From the NCBI GenBank assembly GCA_040285825.1, contig JAUPSS010000009.1, positions 248,001 to 312,000 of the forward strand: DNA of 64,000 bases. The letters run 5' to 3'. Below the pieces are notes generated by a model that worked only from the letters and a program-made list of their open reading frames with translations, had not been told where the DNA came from and made no database searches. Shown here one piece after another: positions 59,210 to 64,000 of this stretch (position 1 is the stretch's first letter; the number at the start of each line of letters is the position of its first letter). Position numbers and translations under genes: made by a program. Source of the DNA: Eukaryota sp. TZLM1-RC (lineage: Eukaryota > Protista > Metamonada: BaSk clade).

Positions 59210-60296
59210 CTAATATTTATTGAGATAAAAATAACCATCTAGAATTCAATATCCTCCAAACAAGCGTCACTATTACTGAACCTACTCACAGCACTACGTT
59301 CATATTCTACACCAATAGCTAAAAGTGCCTTTGAAATCATTGTTGGAATAGACTTGAAAATGCAAAAAACAATTCTATTTAACCAGAAAGTGGAGTTCAT
59401 TGTTTTACCAGACCTATTCAGTAACACTTTTTTAAAATTTTCCAAAAATGTTGCCTTAGGTTGCAAAAGTGGTTGAGATAAAGATGATTGACATAAAGTG
59501 CATGACATAAAGTTGATTTATTTTGCCCTTATTCTATTTAAGCCTAAAGGCGCCAACAAAAAGTGCAACCCTGAAGGTCCAATATTGCCAAAAAGAGAAA
59601 TTGCAAACGGCACAAACTGATATTTCACATGTTCCACTCTACCTAACTGTGCCAAAGGTTCTTCATATTTTTTTATCCTTTTTTTTCGGCGTTAGATAAC
59701 GGCGAATCAGCGGAATACACTAAACGAGCAGCAGAATTTTTGCAAACATCAACTGAGACAACATCTACAACATTGAGAACACCATCGATCCCTGGAGCTA
59801 CTAAATCTGCCCTTCTTTTACCAAAGGAATCATCAGTTTGATCTGAAGACAGCTTACGTACTAGTGGCTCAATAAATGCCTCTATATTGAAACTTTTGCA
59901 CATGGCATATAATTGATCACGAACTGAGTCATGAACAATTGAGCGATAAGTTATAAAATACTTACAGTTTAAAATATGGGAAAGCGTAACAACACTCTTG
60001 CAGCGACAAATTAAATCATTTGGTAATGAACAAGGCCATAGAAAACATCTCATTCTCATTGCAGTGGTCCATTGGTGATCATTAAGTAGAAGGCCATAAA
60101 TGTTGGGAATTTGGGAGATTAGGCAACTTGAACAACTGTCTTCAAGATCAATCAAAAAGTTTGCAAAAACGGGATTTATTTCCTTAGCCAAGCTAAGACG
60201 TACAATATAATCCAAGTTTTCTAAAACTTTCAAGATTTTTTTCCGCAATTTTGCAAAAGTCAGTGGTAAGGAGAGCAAGCTTCTTGAAGGAAGTTC
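59210..60296 (-). mobile_element. 5'-truncated RLE retrotransposon, near-identical to 41770-42740
   Basis: ORFs 59673..60278 and 59239..59508; interrupted by a 110-bp insertion. Confidence 0.92.
59449..59558. mobile_element. 110-bp mini-element with TGTTG..CAACA termini and 4-bp TSD
   Basis: Absent from the sister copy at ~42001 (CAAAAAGTGC); the insertion adds AAAA. Confidence 0.85.
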
Positions 60297-60918
60297 ACTA
60301 AACTATTGAAACAAGAACAATTACATTTGAGTTCATATCATTCCTCCTCAAAATCCTCCAAAACGTAAAAATAACTTCATCAGAAGTTCTATTAGGGGAT
60401 ATGAATTCAATTACAGGGTGTTTTCCACCAGACCATGGCTTTTAGAAAAAAGAATTGAGAAGAGAATAAAGTAATGAATTCAACGACCAAGAAAACCACC
60501 ATCGCGCACCAACCACCACTTACCACGTTGTCCACCGTGTGGAAAAATTGAACCACATAGGGGTGTCCGATCACTGCACTCACAATTTTAAAATTATAAG
60601 CACTTTCTCTACCTTAGGCTTTACTTCAATACTGTACGTTTTAAAAGATACAGTTTCGGAAAGCGAGTGAAAGGAGGATAAGCTCCTTTCGTTCTGCTTC
60701 ATCAACTTCTCTATAGAATTTTGAGTCCTTGTCTCCAGATTTGATGACCTCACTACCTAATGAGGCAATCCATTGTCCTAAACAGTGATTGTATTTCACA
60801 AAAACATTTGACAAGTATCTTTCAATCCGAAATGGCGACAAAATTTGTGCAAAAGTTAAAATATCAACAATCAAACCAGTCTGTAATCTGAAAATTTATA
60901 TCCCTGCTTAATCTATCA

Positions 60919-61761
60919 ATGGACATAACTTCTGGTCTCGATGAACCATCGCCAATACTTGCTATCGTTATAGACACTTCCTTGGCTTCGTGGGCCACCA
61001 TACCCCATTCTATTTCCTTTTTATTTGATGTTGTTGCTGCTTTTTCATCTGGTTTTCTTTCTTTAAATAGCCAATGTAAACTTGCGATCATAGCTGCCAC
61101 ATCCACATCCTCTCAATATCTGGCAAAATCTGAATCATATTCTGACTTAGCTGTATTTTCTACTAAATTAATGCAGTCTTTCCATGTTTTAGCTTCTCAA
61201 CCCCACAAAAACCCTGTGAATCCTTACAAAGCTCTTTCAAGTGCGCTCTCCAAAGCTCTTTGTTTCATTAACTCTCACCATTCACTCCAATCAGGTCGAT
61301 CGCAAACGTTTGGTCACGTTATTGTCATTTCTGCAGCTTCTACCCAATTTAGTTTATCCACTTCACTTCAAATTTCACTGTTAAACAGTGCTTTTTCTGC
61401 TAAACGTGATCAGATTCCTATTGACATATTTGCTCTGGGAGATGAACTTTCTCCACTATTGGAACAGGTTTGTGATGTAGCTTGCGGTTCATGTCATTCT
61501 GTAAGTACTAATTCCAAGACCAATACACAGATAGCCTCTGAATTACTTCAATTGCTATGTTTTAATTCTTTTGTTTCTCTTGAGAATAGAGAAAATCTTA
61601 TTGTTAGTTCAAAACCTGAAGCTGATCTCCGTGCCTTTTGTTATTGTCATTCTAAAATAGTAGATATAGGATATGTTTGCTCCGCTTGCTTAGCTGTGTC
61701 GTGTCAACGCAAACCCAGGTGCCCTTGTTGTAAACAAAGAATCTCTATTGCCAAAAGGTAA
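60919..61761 (+). CDS. TFB4: TFIIH subunit p34/Tfb4
   Basis: LAIVIDT..W, LSSALSKALCFIN, LNSAFSA..IPID, LEQVCD, DLRAFCYCH.KIVDIGYVCSACL..C..CPCC. Confidence 0.92.
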   Translation: MDITSGLDEPSPILAIVIDTSLASWATIPHSISFLFDVVAAFSSGFLSLNSQCKLAIIAATSTSSQYLAKSESYSDLAVFSTKLMQSFHVLASQPHKNPVNPYKALSSALSKALCFINSHHSLQSGRSQTFGHVIVISAASTQFSLSTSLQISLLNSAFSAKRDQIPIDIFALGDELSPLLEQVCDVACGSCHSVSTNSKTNTQIASELLQLLCFNSFVSLENRENLIVSSKPEADLRAFCYCHSKIVDIGYVCSACLAVSCQRKPRCPCCKQRISIAKR

Positions 61762-62049
61762 GATTAGTTGACATTTTACCATTAGAAAGTTATTGTATTG
61801 AATCGAGTTTTGGTTTAATTTTGGTAGCTTAGGAATCCTAAGTTGGGATGTTTTATTTAATTTCGAAGTTATTGACCCTTTTTATTTTTTGATAGTTCTT
61901 TATAAACCTAATAAGTTTATTTAATTTATATTTATTATAGATTGATGAATCTGGTTTAATAATGTTTTTTTCAGAACTTAATTGTTGATAATGATTGCAT
62001 TGGTATTTTTTGATTAGAACACAAAAACCGATAACAAAAAAAAATAAAA

Positions 62050-62093
62050 GCATAAAAAGATAAAAAAAAGATAAAAAGATAAAAGATAAAAAG
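62050..62093 (+). repeat. (AAAAGAT)n-like simple repeat
   Basis: AAAAAGATAAAAAAAAGATAAAAAGATAAAAGATAAAAAGC. Confidence 0.6.
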
Positions 62094-62266
62094 CATGAAA
62101 CCTATACTGTGTTATATGTATAGAATCTATAATAAACACATCTCCATTCTCAACGCTCTGCTGCCTATCATAGTGGCTTTACCTTTCTGTCCCAGAAGAG
62201 GAAAAAATAAGGTTGATGTACTGCAAGTAGACCCTCAAAACTCGTTTGCCTCAAAGCAAATCTTCT

Positions 62267-63280
62267 ATGACCCTTAGATCTATACAAGACCTTTTACTCT
62301 TTTGCTCTGACTTATCGTGTTCCAACTTTCTCCATTTCCTCAAATCAACACCATTCACTTATCAGTCCGATACATGCTTATCGAATCTTTTACTATGGGG
62401 GCCTCAATTCAAAATACGTACCCTCATCCATGACGATCACATGTTTTTGGTCTCCAATTCTTCCAGTCCTTTCATTCTTGGTGCTCCCCTCGGCCCAGAA
62501 CCTTGGAAGGCGTCTCTCTCCTTATTGTCACATACTTCCTTCTTTAATCCCCCACTCGTTTTTGAACGGTTTCCTGTTTCCATTATACCTCCTTTTTCTA
62601 CGTTCTCTTTACCTGTTGAGGTCAGTTTGCAGCGAGAACACTTTGATTATGTCTATGAACTACAGAAACTTTCTCAGATATCTCTATGGAAAAGAAAAAA
62701 ACGTCAACGGCTCAACAAGGTTCTTACCAAGTACATTGTCTATGTTCAATACTTTACTGACTTAAATTCCATTTTTCATCAAGGAGCAAAAGACTTTCAG
62801 AAACAATGGATTCATGGTAAACCAAATTCGACCGGGCTTCATTCAGAATCTAGCAATCTAGATCTTTTATTTTCTGGACAAATAAACTTAGTAAATACTA
62901 TAGGAGTTTTAATGTTCCTTCACGAACCTAATAATGGCCATCAGTCTCCAACTCTCACTGTTTCTGACGATCCTCCTCCTCCTGGGTTTAATTTAAATGG
63001 TTTTGCTTTATTTGAAAGGTTACCCCGTCCTTTTAGGGATTCATTTATGGCAGTAGTCCATGTAGAAAAGGCCAATTCTCTGGTTCAAGGTTGTTATCAA
63101 GCGCTTTGTTATGCAGAGGCTTTGGTCATGAAAAAGCTGTTTAAGGATGTAGGTTATGTCAATCGGGAACAGGATTTGGGGTTAGAGTCTTTGAGAGTCT
63201 CCAAGACTGAACTAGGACCATCATTTATGATTGAAAAAGGTAGGTTAAAGGCAAGTAATAAAACAGCTTTAAATTGTTGA
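62267..63280 (+). CDS. DUF2156 / aminoacyl-phosphatidylglycerol synthase C-terminal-like GNAT protein, bacterial type
   Basis: REHFDYVY..L..KKRQRLNK, VHVEKA..GCYQAL, YVNREQDLGLESLRVSK..P. Confidence 0.8.
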   Translation: MTLRSIQDLLLFCSDLSCSNFLHFLKSTPFTYQSDTCLSNLLLWGPQFKIRTLIHDDHMFLVSNSSSPFILGAPLGPEPWKASLSLLSHTSFFNPPLVFERFPVSIIPPFSTFSLPVEVSLQREHFDYVYELQKLSQISLWKRKKRQRLNKVLTKYIVYVQYFTDLNSIFHQGAKDFQKQWIHGKPNSTGLHSESSNLDLLFSGQINLVNTIGVLMFLHEPNNGHQSPTLTVSDDPPPPGFNLNGFALFERLPRPFRDSFMAVVHVEKANSLVQGCYQALCYAEALVMKKLFKDVGYVNREQDLGLESLRVSKTELGPSFMIEKGRLKASNKTALNC

Positions 63281-63719
63281 TCTTTTAATTTCATATTGTT
63301 TTCCTTCTTTAATCAAAATTGATAGTAAACACCAACACACTGACTCCAAAGTAGAGCAAACATAATCTTAACAGAAGAGTTTTCTGCTTCGTTCTTACCT
63401 AAATGCCACAGTGGAGAAGAAGAGCTAAGAATGACACGTCACGCCAGCCATGAATAGGTTTTGGACAAAAATTAGTTAAAAATTGATTAACTAAATACGT
63501 GCATTAGTTGTGGATAATGGTTTGGAATGTTTGTGTTTCAACTAGAAGCACTATTTTTGTACATTAATTTACAAATACTCATAGTTTAGGTTCAGGTCAA
63601 CTAAAGCTTTTGCAGCTCAAATGTTATTGTAGTTTGATTTCAATCTATCTTGGTTTTTGTTAATGTGTCAGCCAAATATAATATTATTAAATAATATATT
63701 CACTCAACCACAGAGGATC

Positions 63720-64000
63720 TATGCAAGACAAATGCTTTAAAAAATGCACAATCCGAAGTATCCTGCCTTGATGATTCAGAAATATACAAACAGAAGTTAT
63801 ATGGAAATCCTTTGAAAGAATTGAAACATGTTCTTCATTTTGACTACCAATTTTCCGCATTTGCTATATCTTTGTATGGTCGTCTGGGCAAGGTTGTCAT
63901 AAATTTTATTGATAATTTTGAAAATCTTGTAAAAAGAAAAATGAATAAGCGTTTTGATCGTCGTTTATGGTTAAATCGTATTGTTTTTACTATTTTCAAT
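63720..64000 (+). mobile_element. RLE retrotransposon 3' fragment, running off the window
   Basis: FAISLYGRLGKVVINFIDNF..RLWLNRIVFTIF. Confidence 0.75.

Noticed and set aside
58795-60610. Possible inverted similarity between ~58820-58845 and ~60540-60560 flanking the retro copy
   Set aside because: Too weak to call TIRs by eye.
62180-62266. AAGGTTGATG..AAATCTTC upstream of the DUF2156 gene resembling the family-A tail
   Set aside because: Matches are too short and lack the conserved terminal segment.
1-64000. tRNA/rRNA genes and prokaryotic origin of the contig
   Set aside because: No tRNA or rRNA recognised by eye; introns and eukaryote-specific genes show the DNA is eukaryotic.

Overview
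AT-rich, gene-dense eukaryotic (protist-like) DNA with tiny GT-AG introns (26-32 nt) and the standard genetic code. Host genes include a PP2A catalytic subunit, COG4, TFIIH p34/TFB4, an RBM5/10-like protein, a TMEM62-like phosphoesterase, a CCDC87-like protein, a ricin-B lectin, a ~2,930-aa RCC1/TIG/Cys-rich surface protein, a Crinkler-like NTPase-REase and two bacterial-type genes. They are separated by transposon-rich islands containing an intact MULE with TIRs and a 9-bp TSD, many truncated RLE-type (CRE-like) non-LTR retrotransposons, a TGTTG..CAACA mini-element, a PolB-exonuclease/protease relic and three lineages of Fanzor (eukaryotic TnpB-like RNA-guided nuclease). Highlight 1: five Fanzor right ends (the omegaRNA region) from two families stop 3-6 nt upstream of the ATG of a different co-oriented ORF, suggesting start-site-targeted insertion or promoter replacement, with guides that would span host start codons. 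Highlight 2: a 26-nt intron made almost entirely of (TAACCC)n telomeric repeats flanked by a 6-bp duplication, a candidate telomere-repeat-born intron. Highlight 3: one Fanzor has all three RuvC acidic residues and an omegaRNA supported by compensatory changes between copies. All calls come from reading the sequence and ORF track by eye; no searches were run, and boundaries of degraded elements are approximate.
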